Translations under genes and position numbers: made by a program
Shown: one piece after another, positions 29,154 through 39,983 of the stretch
Layout of the letters: each line of letters begins with the position of its first letter
Numbering within the stretch: the stretch's first letter is position 1
Notes under the pieces: model-generated
Database searches by the model: none
What the model saw: the letters and a program-made list of their open reading frames with translations, nothing else
What the model was told of the DNA's origin: nothing
Assembly: GCA_945873085.1 (NCBI GenBank)
Contig: CAMCCR010000001.1
Span: 748-64,747, forward strand
Origin: Candidatus Kuenenia stuttgartensis
Lineage (GTDB): Bacteria; Planctomycetota; Planctomycetia; Pirellulales; UBA1268
Length of the DNA: 64,000 bases
Reading direction: 5' to 3'

Positions 29154-29494
29154 GGCCGACCTCCGGCGTGCGGGGTGCAGGCGGCAAGCCTCAACCATCA
29201 TCCGGACCGCAGCCCCGATGTTGATCAGAGACCAGCCTACGGCAGAGAGCTTGCCCCCTCCCTGCCAAAGCACGGTCAAACGCATCGCGTTGTGGAAAGT
29301 CTATCCTTTTTCATCGGCGCAATCCACCACGTAAGCCCAGATTCCATCCTCAATCGCTCGGAATGGGGGCGACACGTGGCCGCAGAGAGCGCTTGCAAGG
29401 AGTCCGGAGGCTAAATCACCCCTTAGCCGGCGGACAGCAGCCCTCCCCAGGCCGCAGAAACGACACCCGGCGACGTTCCTAGAAGGCAACGACC

Positions 29495-30088
29495 TCAAGT
29501 GGCGCCAGCGCCCCGGGACGGACGGCGAGCCTGCACTTGCGGGGCAGCACCAAGGTCGACCTGCGGTCCACTGCCGACGAACTCCAACACCGCCCGCGGG
29601 CCTGCGTCACCGAGCCGGGGAGTGGCGAGCTTGAGAATCCGGGTGTAGCCGCCGGGGCGATCAACAAATCGGGGAGCGATCTTCTCGAAAACAATCCGGG
29701 CCGCCTGCTTGTCGCCGAGGAGCCTGACCACCCGACGGCGGGCGGTGACGGCAGGTGCCATAGCCTGCGCCCACTTCTGCCACTGATCGCTCTCACGCCA
29801 CTGCTTCCAGGCAGCGGAGTCGCGTGCCGCGGTCGTGCCGAACTCTTTGGCCTGCTCGATCGACTTCAGTCCACGCTTGGCAATGGTGATGGAACGCTCG
29901 ACCACAGGCCGAACTTCCTTGGCCTTGGCCACGGTCGTGATGATCCGACCAGCAACCTTCGGAGCCCCCACTTCACCAGCCTCGTACTCCCGCTCGGTGA
30001 GCATGAGTGCAGCGGCCAAGTTGCGGAGAAGGGCACGCTGGTGAGACGGGCTGCGGCCGAGCACGCGGCCCTTACGACGATGGCGCAT
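29495..30088 (-). CDS. rplQ: 50S ribosomal protein L17
   Basis: MRHRRKGRVLGRSPSHQRALLRNLA and GGYTRILKL. At 197 aa it has a Trp/Gln-rich internal insertion and a C-terminal tail. Confidence 0.95.
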   Translation of the reverse strand: MRHRRKGRVLGRSPSHQRALLRNLAAALMLTEREYEAGEVGAPKVAGRIITTVAKAKEVRPVVERSITIAKRGLKSIEQAKEFGTTAARDSAAWKQWRESDQWQKWAQAMAPAVTARRRVVRLLGDKQAARIVFEKIAPRFVDRPGGYTRILKLATPRLGDAGPRAVLEFVGSGPQVDLGAAPQVQARRPSRGAGAT

Positions 30089-30218
30089 GGGTGAGATCCT
30101 TCAGGCGGACAGTTTGGGGCCGGGCCGTGAGGGCCGGAACTGTCGGTGGTTGTGAAAAAAGGAAGGGGGTGGGATTCGGCCGACAGAAGGGAAAACGCTT
30201 CGGATCGGCCGGCGGGGA

Positions 30219-31199
30219 TCAGGCCTCAACCGGCAACATGCCGAGCTTTAGCCCCAGTTCGTTGAGCTTGGCCTCGATCTCCTCGGCGGTTTGGTCCCCA
30301 GCGTTCCGCATCTCGAGCAGTTGCTCGCGAGTCAAAACAACGAGTTCAGAGACCTTGCGGATACCAGCGCTCGAGAGGCAGTTTTGGGCCCGAACTGAAA
30401 GCTCCAGTTGCGATACCTCCCAAGTCAGGACCGTCGAGGGCTCAGGGGTAATCTTCGTCCAGTCGATGACCGGAGGCAGATTCACGGCCGCACCCTGCTG
30501 GGTGTAGCCAACGAACGGGTTGAGGTGCTTGCGAAGAATCTTCGCAGCCTCGACCAGCGCCATGTCAGGCGTCACGGTGCCGTCGGTCCAGATCTCCATC
30601 GTCAGTTTGTCGTAGTTCGTCTTCTGACCGACACGGGTCTCCTCGACCTCGTAACGAACACGGGTCACGGGGCTGAAAACGGCGTCAACGGGAATGATGC
30701 CGATTTCCTGCACGTCCGGGCTGTGCTCGCTGGCAGGAACGTAGCCGCGACCGTTCTCGACAACCATCTCGAGTTCGAAGGGAACATCATCGGTGAGCGT
30801 GGCCAGAACAAGGTCCTTACTGACCACCTCAACCGCCTCGTCCGTCTGCACATCGGCACCGGTGATGGGGCCCTTTGTGCTCTTCTCCACCCGAATCACG
30901 CGGGTCGAGTCGCTGTGGTTCTTGACGACCAAGCTCTTCACCGCCAGCACGATGTCGGTGACGTCTTCGAGAACGCCCTTGACGGTGCTGAACTCATGGA
31001 GGGCGCTGCCAACCTTGATCTGCGTTACGGCGCTCCCTTCGAGGCTCGAAAGGAGCACGCGCCGGAGGCTGTTGCCCACCGTCGTGCCGAAGCCACGCTC
31101 GAACGGCTCGGCAACGAACTTGCCGTACGTTCCCGTGAGCGTCTTGGCATCAGACGTGACCGAGCTGGGAAGTTCGAGTCCACGCCAACGGATGTGCAT
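30219..31199 (-). CDS. rpoA: DNA-directed RNA polymerase subunit alpha
   Basis: FVAEPFERGFGTTVGNSLRRVLLSSLEG and the C-terminal domain LELSVRAQNCLSSAGIRKVSELV. Confidence 0.97.
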   Translation of the reverse strand: MHIRWRGLELPSSVTSDAKTLTGTYGKFVAEPFERGFGTTVGNSLRRVLLSSLEGSAVTQIKVGSALHEFSTVKGVLEDVTDIVLAVKSLVVKNHSDSTRVIRVEKSTKGPITGADVQTDEAVEVVSKDLVLATLTDDVPFELEMVVENGRGYVPASEHSPDVQEIGIIPVDAVFSPVTRVRYEVEETRVGQKTNYDKLTMEIWTDGTVTPDMALVEAAKILRKHLNPFVGYTQQGAAVNLPPVIDWTKITPEPSTVLTWEVSQLELSVRAQNCLSSAGIRKVSELVVLTREQLLEMRNAGDQTAEEIEAKLNELGLKLGMLPVEA

Positions 31200-31384
31200 G
31201 CGATTCTCCTTGCCTGTATCTGAAACGGGGCGGCCACGGCAGGCCGCGATGGTGATTTTTAGGAACGAGCCTGAACAACGAGTGACAGTTTTTGTCGGAG
31301 GGGCGTCTCCACCCTCCGGCCCAGAGCGAGGATTCTCTCGCCGCTAGGCAACCGCCCGGGGAATAACCCGGACGATTCAAACTA

Positions 31385-32011
31385 TCACTTGGAGCACAAC
31401 TCGATGATCAGATTGGTCTGCACCGGAATCGACACATCGTCGTTCGAAGGGAGACGATCGACCCGCCCCTCCGGCACACCAGTGTCAGACCGGGAAAGAA
31501 AATCGGGTACGTCACGACGATTCGACGCGAGCGAAGCATGAACGAGCTGAAGGCTCTTGGTGCGGTTCTTGATGCGAAGCAGATCGCCGGCCTTGACCAA
31601 GTAGCTGGGGACGTCAAGACGTCGCCCGTTGATCGTGATGTGACCGTGCATCACCATCTGCCGGGCAGCTGCCCGGGACGGGGCAAACCCGATCCGATGA
31701 ACGATGTTGTCGAGACGACGCTCGAGGAGCGACATCAGCGACTCCCCAGTATTGCCCTTCCCCCGCTCGGCCCGGGCGAAATACGTCCGAAACTGCCGCT
31801 CCAGGACACCGTAATAATGCTTCACCTTCTGCTTTTCGCGGAGATGAAGGCCGTATTCGGTAGGCTTGCTGCGCCGCTTCTGGACCATGCCCGGAGGCGT
31901 AGGACGGCGCTCGAACGCGCACTTGCCCGTGTCACAGCGACTACCCTTGAGGAAAAGCTTGAGGCCGTCACGGCGACAAAGGCGACAGACCGGCCCAGTG
32001 ATGCGTCCCAT
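31385..32011 (-). CDS. rpsD: 30S ribosomal protein S4
   Basis: MGRITGPVCRLCRRDGLKLFLKG (Cys-rich N-terminus) and the S4 domain RLDNIVHRIGFAPSRAAARQMVMHGHITING. Confidence 0.97.
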   Translation of the reverse strand: MGRITGPVCRLCRRDGLKLFLKGSRCDTGKCAFERRPTPPGMVQKRRSKPTEYGLHLREKQKVKHYYGVLERQFRTYFARAERGKGNTGESLMSLLERRLDNIVHRIGFAPSRAAARQMVMHGHITINGRRLDVPSYLVKAGDLLRIKNRTKSLQLVHASLASNRRDVPDFLSRSDTGVPEGRVDRLPSNDDVSIPVQTNLIIELCSK

Positions 32012-32102
32012 GGATTCCCGATCGGAGTGCTAACCGACCGCTCTCGAGGTTATTCAGATAAGGTGGTAATGCCGGCTTTTACCGGCTTGGACAGAAGTGG
32101 GA

Positions 32103-32480
32103 TCAGACACGCCGCTTCTTCGGCGGGCGGCATCCGTTGTGGGGCAGCGGAGTGATGTCCTCGATGCTCTTGACGTTCATGCCAGCAGCCGTCAGCGCGG
32201 TGATCGCACTCTCGCGACCGCTGCCCGGACCACGAACCCGGACCTCAAGATCCTTGACGCCGAACTTCGAGGCCTTCTCGGCCGCCTGCTGCGCCGCACA
32301 CTGACCAGCGAAGGGAGTACCCTTGCGGCTCCCCTTGAAGCCGCAGGTGCCACCACTTGCCCAACAGAGGGTATCCCCCTTGGTGTCGGTGATCGTCACC
32401 GTGGTGTTGTTGAAACTGGCAGTGATGTAGGCGATCCCCGCCGACACACTCTTTTTCTTGCCCTTGGCAACCTTCGACAT
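32103..32480 (-). CDS. rpsK: 30S ribosomal protein S11
   Basis: [18 protein letters not shown] and the C-terminal [13 protein letters not shown]. Confidence 0.97.
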   Translation of the reverse strand: MSKVAKGKKKSVSAGIAYITASFNNTTVTITDTKGDTLCWASGGTCGFKGSRKGTPFAGQCAAQQAAEKASKFGVKDLEVRVRGPGSGRESAITALTAAGMNVKSIEDITPLPHNGCRPPKKRRV

Positions 32481-32613
32481 GAATCGATGCTTCCCTGTGC
32501 GTACCTACGACGTCTGTAACCGAGGAAAAATGAACTGCAGCAAGCCCCACTAACGATTGCCATCCCGAGAGCACTCCGCAAGGGGCACCACCGGAGGCAA
32601 TCACCGAGACCCG

Positions 32614-32997
32614 TTACTTAAGATCCTTCACGCCCTTCTTGCCAGCGACCGTCTTCTTCGGCCCCTTTCTCGTCCGAGCGTTCGTCCGCGTCCGCTGCCC
32701 ACGGACCGGCAACCCCCGACGGTGGCGAACCCCGCGATAGCTGCCGATGTCCTTCAGTCGCGAGATGTTTTGCGCCACCTGACGGCGCAACTGCCCCTCG
32801 ACGACGTAGTCCTTGTCCATGAGGGCCGCTAGGCGAGCCAACTCATCCTCGTGAAGATTCTTCGCGATTCCCTCAGGATCGACGCCGGCCTTGTGGCACA
32901 ACTCGCGAGCGACCTGCGGACCGACGCCGTAGAGGTACTGGAGCGAATAAAACGTCTTCTTCTCCGACGGAATGTCGACGCCGAGCAAACGGGGCAT
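32614..32997 (-). CDS. rpsM: 30S ribosomal protein S13
   Basis: MPRLLGVDIP, YRGVRHRRGLPVRGQRTRTNARTRKG. Confidence 0.97.
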   Translation of the reverse strand: MPRLLGVDIPSEKKTFYSLQYLYGVGPQVARELCHKAGVDPEGIAKNLHEDELARLAALMDKDYVVEGQLRRQVAQNISRLKDIGSYRGVRHRRGLPVRGQRTRTNARTRKGPKKTVAGKKGVKDLK

Positions 32998-33314
32998 GGG
33001 GGAGTACTACCGTTGGGATGACGGACAAACGGAACAACTGAATGACCAGACAGAACACACCAACCCAAGACACCACGTGCCGAAGCAACGAGTGCGGGAG
33101 GAAACAAGGCTAACAAGACCGGACGTCGCATGACTGGCCGCTGTACGGCCAATGCAACGCTGGCTTCGCCCCCGGGGAGCTCTGCCAGACCCGACCTCAC
33201 CACCTTCAAACGTACCCAGGAAAAGCCGCTTGCCCAACGATGGCACTTGGCCTCGCTGGAACACCTCCGCCCAGTAGCGAAGCTTTGCTTCGCAACTAGA
33301 GACGGATTCCGTCG

Positions 33315-33428
33315 TCATCCTTGCCGCTGTTTGTGGCGGGGATCCGCGCACACGACGAAGACGACGCCGCGGCGCCTGACGATCTTGCACTTGTCGCAGA
33401 TGCGACGGACGCTGGCGCGAACCTTCAT
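33315..33428 (-). CDS. rpmJ: 50S ribosomal protein L36
   Basis: [37 protein letters not shown] (Zn-binding type), from ATG 33428 inside track ORF 33315..33605. Confidence 0.95.
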   Translation of the reverse strand: MKVRASVRRICDKCKIVRRRGVVFVVCADPRHKQRQG

Positions 33429-33631
33429 ACTTGCGATCGTGGCGACGGTCGCCCACGCCTTCAACGAGAACGGGGAAGCTAACGGAAAGCCGTCAACTAT
33501 AGAAACCCTCCCCCCTGATCCACAAGGGGGAGGTGCCGAAATGGCCAGAAACGACAAAAATATCTCGATTTTCCTGAAAATCACCGTCCTGGGAGAACTC
33601 ACCACCGACTTCCAAGGGCTTCAACCGCCAG

Positions 33632-34447
33632 TCACCCCCTCCCTGGAAGGGGCGATGACTCTCCAGCCCCAGGCGCTCGCGTGAGGACTTCTGGCCCCTG
33701 CTCCGTCATGGCGATCGTATGTTCGAAATGGGCGCTCGGCTGGCCATCGATCGTCGACTGCGTCCAGTGGTCGGCCAGGGCCCTCACTTTTTTCGACCCC
33801 ACGTTGACCATCGGTTCGACGGCGATCACCAAACCGGGCTCGAGATTGAAGTCGTAATTCCGCCGAAACGACGGCGAGCAAAAATTGGGAACCTGCGGAT
33901 CCTCGTGCATCTTTTTCCCGATCCCATGGCCGACGAAGTTTTCGACCACGGAGAACCCCCGATCGCGGACATACGTCGCCATCTCGGTGGCCACGTCGCT
34001 CCAGCGACTCCGCTTCCCCATCAGATCGATTGCCAAGTCGAGGACACCGGACGTGCAGTCGAGCAGGCCACGAACCTCGGACGACACAGCCCCCACCGGA
34101 TGAGTTCGCGCCGAGTCGCCGCACCAACCGCCGAGACTGCAGCCGGTGTCGATGCTGACGGCGTCTCCCTCGAGGAGGATCCGGGGACCGGGAATCCCAT
34201 GCACCACCTCGTCATTGACGGAGATGCAGCACACGGCAGGGAAAGGCACCTTCCCTGGAACCCCCTTGAACAAAGGAATCGCCCCGCAGCCGAGGAAATA
34301 CGACTCCACGGCGGCGTCGATCTCGCCCGTTGAGACTCCCGGCCGCACCATCGCCGCCGCGACTTCATGAGCGCCCCAGACGACAAGGCCCGCACGTCGC
34401 ATCAGAGCGATTTCACGGGGAGATCGGAGATTCACCACGGCAGACAC
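33632..34447 (-). CDS. map: type I methionine aminopeptidase
   Basis: SPREIALMRRAG, VVHGIPG, FVGHGIG and the EPMV context. 271 aa, in the expected position in the spc cluster. Confidence 0.93.
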   Translation of the reverse strand: MSAVVNLRSPREIALMRRAGLVVWGAHEVAAAMVRPGVSTGEIDAAVESYFLGCGAIPLFKGVPGKVPFPAVCCISVNDEVVHGIPGPRILLEGDAVSIDTGCSLGGWCGDSARTHPVGAVSSEVRGLLDCTSGVLDLAIDLMGKRSRWSDVATEMATYVRDRGFSVVENFVGHGIGKKMHEDPQVPNFCSPSFRRNYDFNLEPGLVIAVEPMVNVGSKKVRALADHWTQSTIDGQPSAHFEHTIAMTEQGPEVLTRAPGAGESSPLPGRG

Positions 34448-34653
34448 ACCCGTTCAAGCAGCCTCAGGAGAGCGGGGCACCGGACGACGCCCTGGAACCA
34501 ACCTCCGTCCCTCTTTTTGCAGCATCGCAGCACTATACCGGCGTGATCGTCCCCGCACCACGGCCGCACGCCCGACCAACGCGTCCCACAACGATCACCG
34601 CCTTCTGGCTCAGCGATGCCACAAACGTCGGAAGTGGGGTGGCTACCGAGGGT

Positions 34654-35232
34654 TCAGCGTCGTCCGGCAGGACCTCGCCTGAACCGATCGAGCGCCTGCT
34701 TGACGCGACCGAAGATCTCCTCAGCATCACCCAGCCCATCGATCGTGGCCAACTTTCCCTGACGATCGTAGTACTCGAGCAGTGGCGCTGTCTGCACCTC
34801 GAAGCTCGAGATCCGCTTGGAGAAGATCTCGGGATTGTCGTCGGCCCGCTTCCGAGCGAGCATCCGACGCACGAGTTCGTCGCGAGGCACGGCCAACTCG
34901 AGCACCCCATCGACATTCATGGCACGCCGCTCGAGAAGATCGTCGAGCGTTGAAGCCTGCGGAAGGGTGCGGGGAAAGCCATCGAGGAGAAAGCCTCCTC
35001 GGCAGTCCGCCGATTCCAACCTCTTCGTCACCATCCCGAGAATCATGGAATCGGGGACGAGTTGCCCCTGGTCCATGTAGGCAGCAGCACGAAGCCCCTC
35101 AGGTGTGCCGGAACGAACCTCGGCACGAAGCATCTCACCGGTGGAGAGGTGCGGCACGTCGAGAAACTCGACGAGCCTCTGGCACTGCGTCCCCTTCCCA
35201 GCGCCGGGCGGTCCAATGAGGATGATCCGCAT
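34654..35232 (-). CDS. adk: adenylate kinase (short-LID type)
   Basis: Start at ATG 35232: MRIILIGPPGAGKGTQ (P-loop), then LLDGFPRT. There is no Cys4 LID insertion. Confidence 0.93.
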   Translation of the reverse strand: MRIILIGPPGAGKGTQCQRLVEFLDVPHLSTGEMLRAEVRSGTPEGLRAAAYMDQGQLVPDSMILGMVTKRLESADCRGGFLLDGFPRTLPQASTLDDLLERRAMNVDGVLELAVPRDELVRRMLARKRADDNPEIFSKRISSFEVQTAPLLEYYDRQGKLATIDGLGDAEEIFGRVKQALDRFRRGPAGRR

Positions 35233-35304
35233 GAGAATCCCGCGCGAGACAACGAAGAACGCCGTCACGCCCCGCGGCGTTCCGGACCGGGACCATCCTG
35301 CGGA

Positions 35305-36666
35305 TCAGGACTTCTCCAGCAATCCGGTGTAGTTCCGCATCACGAGATGACTGTCGATCTTCTGGACGAGATCGAAGGCCACACTGACGGCGATCAACAA
35401 GCCGGTACCGCCGTAGAAACTAGCTATCTGCGGGGGGATACCGAGAGCCCCACCGACGATTGTTGGAATGATGGCCACAAGTGCGAGAAAACCCGCTCCA
35501 ACGTAGGTGATCCGCTCCATGACCCGTTCGAGGTAATCGGCCGTCCGTTTCCCCGGACGATAGCCAGGGATGAAGGCTCCGAAGTTTTTGAGGTTGTCGG
35601 CGACTTCCTTCGGGTTGAAGGTGATCGCTGTCCAGAAATAGCAAAAGAAGAAAATGAGCGCGACGTAGAGGATGTTGTAGAGGAACGACTGCCCGCGAGT
35701 GAAGGAATCTTGAAGGGCCCCAAGGACCGTGTTCCCTGGATAGGCGCTGTGGAGATACTGGAAGATCATCTGCGGGAAGAGGAGAAGCGAACTGGCGAAA
35801 ATGATCGGCATCACCCCCGCCTGATTCACCTTGAGCGGAAGGTATTGACGGGTGCCACCGTACACCCGCCGGCCCCGCACGTGCTTGGCACTTTGCGTGG
35901 GAATCCGCCGCTGTCCCTGCGTCATGAAGACGACGCCGGCCACGACTCCGATGAACAACGCAATGAGGACGAGAATGGTCTCAATGCCCATCTTTCCGCC
36001 GCCACCACCAAGTTCCCAGTTGGTATCACCGGCAAGCTGAACCAACGCGCTCGGCATTCCAGCAAGGATTCCAGCCATGATCAACAGGCTAATCCCATTG
36101 CCGATTCCAAACTCATCGATTTGCTCCCCGAGCCACATCAGGAAAATCGTCCCGGCAGTCATCGTCATCACCGCGACCAGTTGCCAGAGAATGGGGAGTT
36201 TGCCGTCGACAAGAAAGCTCGACTGAATGAGCGGCATCTCGCCAACACTCGTATTGGCAAGAAACGCCACGTAGGCCCAGCTTTGAACGAGACAGATCAG
36301 TACCGTGGCGTAGCGCGTGTATTCATTGATCTTCTTCCGCCCTGCCTCACCTTCCTTGGTCAGTTTCTCCAGCGGCGGCCACACGGTGCCGAGCAGTTGA
36401 AAGATGATCGAGGCGGAGATATACGGCATGATCCCGAGGCCGAAAATCGTTGCCTGGGAAAGTTGGCTGGCAGAGAACACCGCCACGGTTTTGAGGATGT
36501 CGGCAAAGCCGCCGGCTTCCTTGCCGAAAGCCGCCATGGCGTCGGGATCGATGATCGGCAACGGCACCTGCCAGCCGACCCGATAGATTGCCAAAAGTCC
36601 GAGCGTAAGGAGTATCTTCTGCCGGAGTTCCGGGATCGTGAAGATGATGCGAAGTTTTTCCAGCAC
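35305..36666 (-). CDS. secY: preprotein translocase subunit SecY
   Basis: 453-aa 10-TM protein with GIMPYISASIIFQLL. Positioned between rplO and adk. Confidence 0.97.
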   Translation of the reverse strand: MLEKLRIIFTIPELRQKILLTLGLLAIYRVGWQVPLPIIDPDAMAAFGKEAGGFADILKTVAVFSASQLSQATIFGLGIMPYISASIIFQLLGTVWPPLEKLTKEGEAGRKKINEYTRYATVLICLVQSWAYVAFLANTSVGEMPLIQSSFLVDGKLPILWQLVAVMTMTAGTIFLMWLGEQIDEFGIGNGISLLIMAGILAGMPSALVQLAGDTNWELGGGGGKMGIETILVLIALFIGVVAGVVFMTQGQRRIPTQSAKHVRGRRVYGGTRQYLPLKVNQAGVMPIIFASSLLLFPQMIFQYLHSAYPGNTVLGALQDSFTRGQSFLYNILYVALIFFFCYFWTAITFNPKEVADNLKNFGAFIPGYRPGKRTADYLERVMERITYVGAGFLALVAIIPTIVGGALGIPPQIASFYGGTGLLIAVSVAFDLVQKIDSHLVMRNYTGLLEKS

Positions 36667-36799
36667 GAGAACGACTCCTTTGCTCCCTCCGAACAGCGAC
36701 GCCCGCGAGTTATTCGTTCACGCGTAGCCACCGCCTTGCGTGTGCTTCCCTGGACAAGCCCGGTGGCCTCAGCCACATGGCCCGGAAGAACTCTTCACG

Positions 36800-37306
36800 C
36801 TAGCTCTTTGCCGTCTTCTTTTGCGAGACCTTTTTCTGTCGCTTGATAACCGGGGCTGGTCCGGAGAGTTCGGTCACCGTGCCACCGGCCGCAAGGATCT
36901 TCTCACGGGCCTGAGCGCTGAAATGATGAGCAGAGACTTTGAGCGACTTCGTGATCGCCCCTTCACCGAGAATCTTGACCGAGTCCCAGACCCCCTTGGC
37001 AAGCCCCGTGCTGCGGAGCGATTCGGGATTCACCTCTGCTCCAGCAGCAAAGCGAGCCTCGAGGTCGTCGACGTTGACGCAGGTGACGATGCGGCCATGT
37101 CGGTTGTGAAAACCACGCTTGGGGATTTGTCGAATGAGGGGCATTCTCGCCCCTTCGAAGATCCCGGCAGCACTCCAACCAGCAAGCTGTCCTTGACCCT
37201 TGTGGCCGCGACCAGACGTCTTGCCGCGTCCCGATCCGGGACCGCGTCCGATACGGAGCCGTCGGCGGTTCTTGTTAATGCCTTGATTGACGTCATTGAC
37301 CTTCAT
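36800..37306 (-). CDS. rplO: 50S ribosomal protein L15
   Basis: Start at ATG 37306: MKVNDVNQGINKNRRRLRIGRGPGSGRGKTSGRGHKGQ. Confidence 0.95.
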   Translation of the reverse strand: MKVNDVNQGINKNRRRLRIGRGPGSGRGKTSGRGHKGQGQLAGWSAAGIFEGARMPLIRQIPKRGFHNRHGRIVTCVNVDDLEARFAAGAEVNPESLRSTGLAKGVWDSVKILGEGAITKSLKVSAHHFSAQAREKILAAGGTVTELSGPAPVIKRQKKVSQKKTAKS

Positions 37307-37446
37307 CGAATCGTCCTCTGCTCGAAGCCCGCCGAACACACCAACTGAGTGAATCCGCAAGCCAAAGTTTCGTAAAGCCGGCGGAACCATTGCCGCCTCG
37401 CTGTCAATCCAACGCCACCGTCACCGCCTCGCACGCCAGAGGCGGA

Positions 37447-37974
37447 TCACGAAAGGGTAACGCCACGCAACCGCTCGACTTCGCTCTTCGTTCTCAACTG
37501 CTTCAAACCATCCAGCGCTGCCTTGACGAGATTGACGGGGTTAGTCGACCCGTGGGCCTTGGTGAGCACGTCGCGGATACCGGCAGACTCGCAGACCGCC
37601 CGAACCGCCGCACCGGCGATAATCCCAGTACCAGGGCTGGCGGGGAGAAGTATCACCTTCGACGTGCCACTGTTCCCCTCAACTCGGTGGGGAATGGTTC
37701 CGGCTTCGACGGGGACCTCGATGAGGTTCTTCATGCCGTCTTTGATTGCCTTTTCAACGGCCGGAGGCACCTCGTTCGCCTTGGCATAGCCACAACCAAC
37801 CTTGCCGCGGCCGTTTCCGACAACAACAAGACCGGCAAAGCTGAATCGCCGTCCACCCTTAACCACGGTGGCACAACGCCGAACCTTGACAACCTTCTCG
37901 GCAAACTCACCACCACGTTCACCGCCGCGATTGTCACGATCACCGCCACGGCCTTGATTGCTACTGGACGACAC
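37447..37974 (-). CDS. rpsE: 30S ribosomal protein S5
   Basis: [49 protein letters not shown], preceded by a Gly/Arg-rich N-terminal tail. Confidence 0.97.
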   Translation of the reverse strand: MSSSSNQGRGGDRDNRGGERGGEFAEKVVKVRRCATVVKGGRRFSFAGLVVVGNGRGKVGCGYAKANEVPPAVEKAIKDGMKNLIEVPVEAGTIPHRVEGNSGTSKVILLPASPGTGIIAGAAVRAVCESAGIRDVLTKAHGSTNPVNLVKAALDGLKQLRTKSEVERLRGVTLS

Positions 37975-38074
37975 GGTCTTCGATGCTCCGGATGGTTTGG
38001 CTGGTTGACGTCTTGTCCCTCACCACCCCCTCCCCGGTATCCCCAGGGAAGGCCAGATGACAGGACCGTGAAGA

Positions 38075-38443
38075 TCAGAACTCGAGGCCGGCAGCCCGCG
38101 CCGCATCAGCCAACGCGGCAACCCTGCCATGGTAACGGAACTCGCCCCGATCAAAACAGACTTTCTTGACACCAGCGGCCTGGGCCCGCTCGGCGACCGC
38201 TCGACCGATCGCTTCGGCGGCCTGCTTGTTGCCCCCGAATCCGACCGCGTCACGGATCTGCTTGTCGACCGAACTAGCAGACGCCAACGTCCGCCCCGAG
38301 GCGTCGTCGATGATCTGGGCGTAGATGTGCTTGTGCGAGCGGAACACGGCCAAACGGGGCCGCTCCGCGGTGCCGCGGATGTGCCGGCGGACACGGAAAC
38401 GGCGGCGCATCCGCTGCCTGAGAATCGTGCGGGCGTGGTCCAT
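38075..38443 (-). CDS. rplR: 50S ribosomal protein L18
   Basis: [20 protein letters not shown] and [20 protein letters not shown]. Confidence 0.96.
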   Translation of the reverse strand: MDHARTILRQRMRRRFRVRRHIRGTAERPRLAVFRSHKHIYAQIIDDASGRTLASASSVDKQIRDAVGFGGNKQAAEAIGRAVAERAQAAGVKKVCFDRGEFRYHGRVAALADAARAAGLEF

Positions 38444-38509
38444 GGAAGCGTGACTGCGGGAGGTAGTGGAAAAAACAAGCCAGAAGGGAAAACGTATCCC
38501 GTCGATCGA

Positions 38510-39055
38510 TTACTTCGTGACCGCTTTGCCGGCCTTACGACGCACCTGCTCGCCCTCGTAGCGAATGCCCTTGCCCTTGTAGGGCTCCGGCTTCCGACGC
38601 GCACGAACTTCGGCTGCGAACTGACCGACAAGATGCTTATCAATACCCTTAACGACGATGTGCGTCTGATCGGGGCAGGTGACCGTCAGGCCGGCGGGAA
38701 TCGGTAGCTGGAGTTCGTTCGCGAAACCGACGCGGAGCTGAAGTGTGCTTTTCTGAATGGCGGCGATGTAACCGACGCCGACGATTTCGAGTTTTTTCTC
38801 GTAGCCCTTCGAAACACCCTCAACCATATTGGCAGCAAGGGCGCGGGTAAGACCGTGAATCGACCGAGATGTGCGGTCGTCACCGCCGCGGGTGACCTTG
38901 AGGAGGCCGTCAGCCGGATCGACTCCGACCTTCACTGCCGGGTGCACTTTGTGCTCGAGCTTTCCGAGAGGACCTTCAACCTTGAGCGTAGCGCCATCAA
39001 CGGCCACCTTAACGCCCTTGGGAATCACCACTGGAGCTTTACCGATTCGCGACAT
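38510..39055 (-). CDS. rplF: 50S ribosomal protein L6
   Basis: MSRIGKAPVVIPKGVKV and the C-terminal EPYKGKGIRYEGE. Confidence 0.97.
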   Translation of the reverse strand: MSRIGKAPVVIPKGVKVAVDGATLKVEGPLGKLEHKVHPAVKVGVDPADGLLKVTRGGDDRTSRSIHGLTRALAANMVEGVSKGYEKKLEIVGVGYIAAIQKSTLQLRVGFANELQLPIPAGLTVTCPDQTHIVVKGIDKHLVGQFAAEVRARRKPEPYKGKGIRYEGEQVRRKAGKAVTK

Positions 39056-39184
39056 GACCTCGACCTTTCGTTGCTCTACCAGCCCGCACCCGGCATCCCA
39101 TCCCGCTCAACCGTGAACGCCACCTGTCCAAAAACCACAAAGACTCGAACAAAGTGTCGACACTTTGAAGCCGATCGGGGCTCA

Positions 39185-39580
39185 TCACCACAATTCGCAG
39201 AGTACTTCCCCACCGAGTTTCCGCTGCCTCGCCTCGCGGTCGCTGACCACGCCGCTGCTCGTCGACAGGATCGAAATCCCGAGGCCGCCGAGAATCGGGC
39301 GGAGACGAACCGACCGGCTGTAGACACGACGGCCAGGAGAGCTCACCCGCCGGATGTGGCGAATCAGACGCTCGCCGTTCGGGCCGTACTTCAGCTCGAT
39401 CTGCAGTTTCGCAGCGGGCTCAGCCTCTACTTCCTTCCAGTCCCAGATGTACCCTTCACGCTTGAGTACGTCCGCCACGCCGCGCTTCACCTTGGAGCTT
39501 GGAATCTCCACGGTAGCGCGTTCAACGCGCACCGCGTTGCGGATGCGGGTGAGCATGTCGGCGATGGGATCGGTCATCAT
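39185..39580 (-). CDS. rpsH: 30S ribosomal protein S8
   Basis: Start at ATG 39580: MMTDPIADMLTRIRNA. The track ORF extends to 39652. Confidence 0.95.
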   Translation of the reverse strand: MMTDPIADMLTRIRNAVRVERATVEIPSSKVKRGVADVLKREGYIWDWKEVEAEPAAKLQIELKYGPNGERLIRHIRRVSSPGRRVYSRSVRLRPILGGLGISILSTSSGVVSDREARQRKLGGEVLCELW

Positions 39581-39689
39581 GTCGAGAGAACCCTTTCGGA
39601 ACTGAAAACCCTGCCAGCGAATCCTTCTGTCTTCCGCGCCCCTGATGACCAAAGCCGCCAGATCGGACAGCCACGGTCGAGACCGGTCA

Positions 39690-39875
39690 TCACCAACTTG
39701 CCTTCTTCACACCGGGGATATTCCCCTGATCGGCGAGCTTCCGGAAACAAATCCGGCAGAGCCCGAACTTGCGGTAAACCGCGCGAGGACGACCGCAGAG
39801 CATGCAACGCTGCACCTTGCGGGTCGAAAACTTCGGAGGCCGTTTGGCCATCGCGATCTTTGACTTGCTTGCCAT
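39690..39875 (-). CDS. rpsN: 30S ribosomal protein S14 type Z (zinc-ribbon form)
   Basis: Start at ATG 39875: [61 protein letters not shown]. 61 aa with CxxC...CxxC. Confidence 0.95.
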   Translation of the reverse strand: MASKSKIAMAKRPPKFSTRKVQRCMLCGRPRAVYRKFGLCRICFRKLADQGNIPGVKKASW

Positions 39876-39983
39876 AGATGATTCCAACGAAGGCCGCAGG
39901 AACGGCCGCAACTGTTCACCCCAGGGCCCGAAGGTACGACAGCGTCTGCCGACCCCCTGGACCGCTCAGGACCGTCCGTGCCG

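Noticed and set aside
33429-33631. Expected infA between map and rpmJ
   Set aside because: The 203-nt gap is shorter than infA, and its only ORF (an extension of the rpmJ frame) is not IF-1-like. It contains a hairpin (CCTCCCCC...GGGGGAGG) more consistent with an intergenic element.
35062-36846. 594-aa + ORF opposite secY
   Set aside because: Antisense shadow of secY and adk. Its composition is not protein-like.
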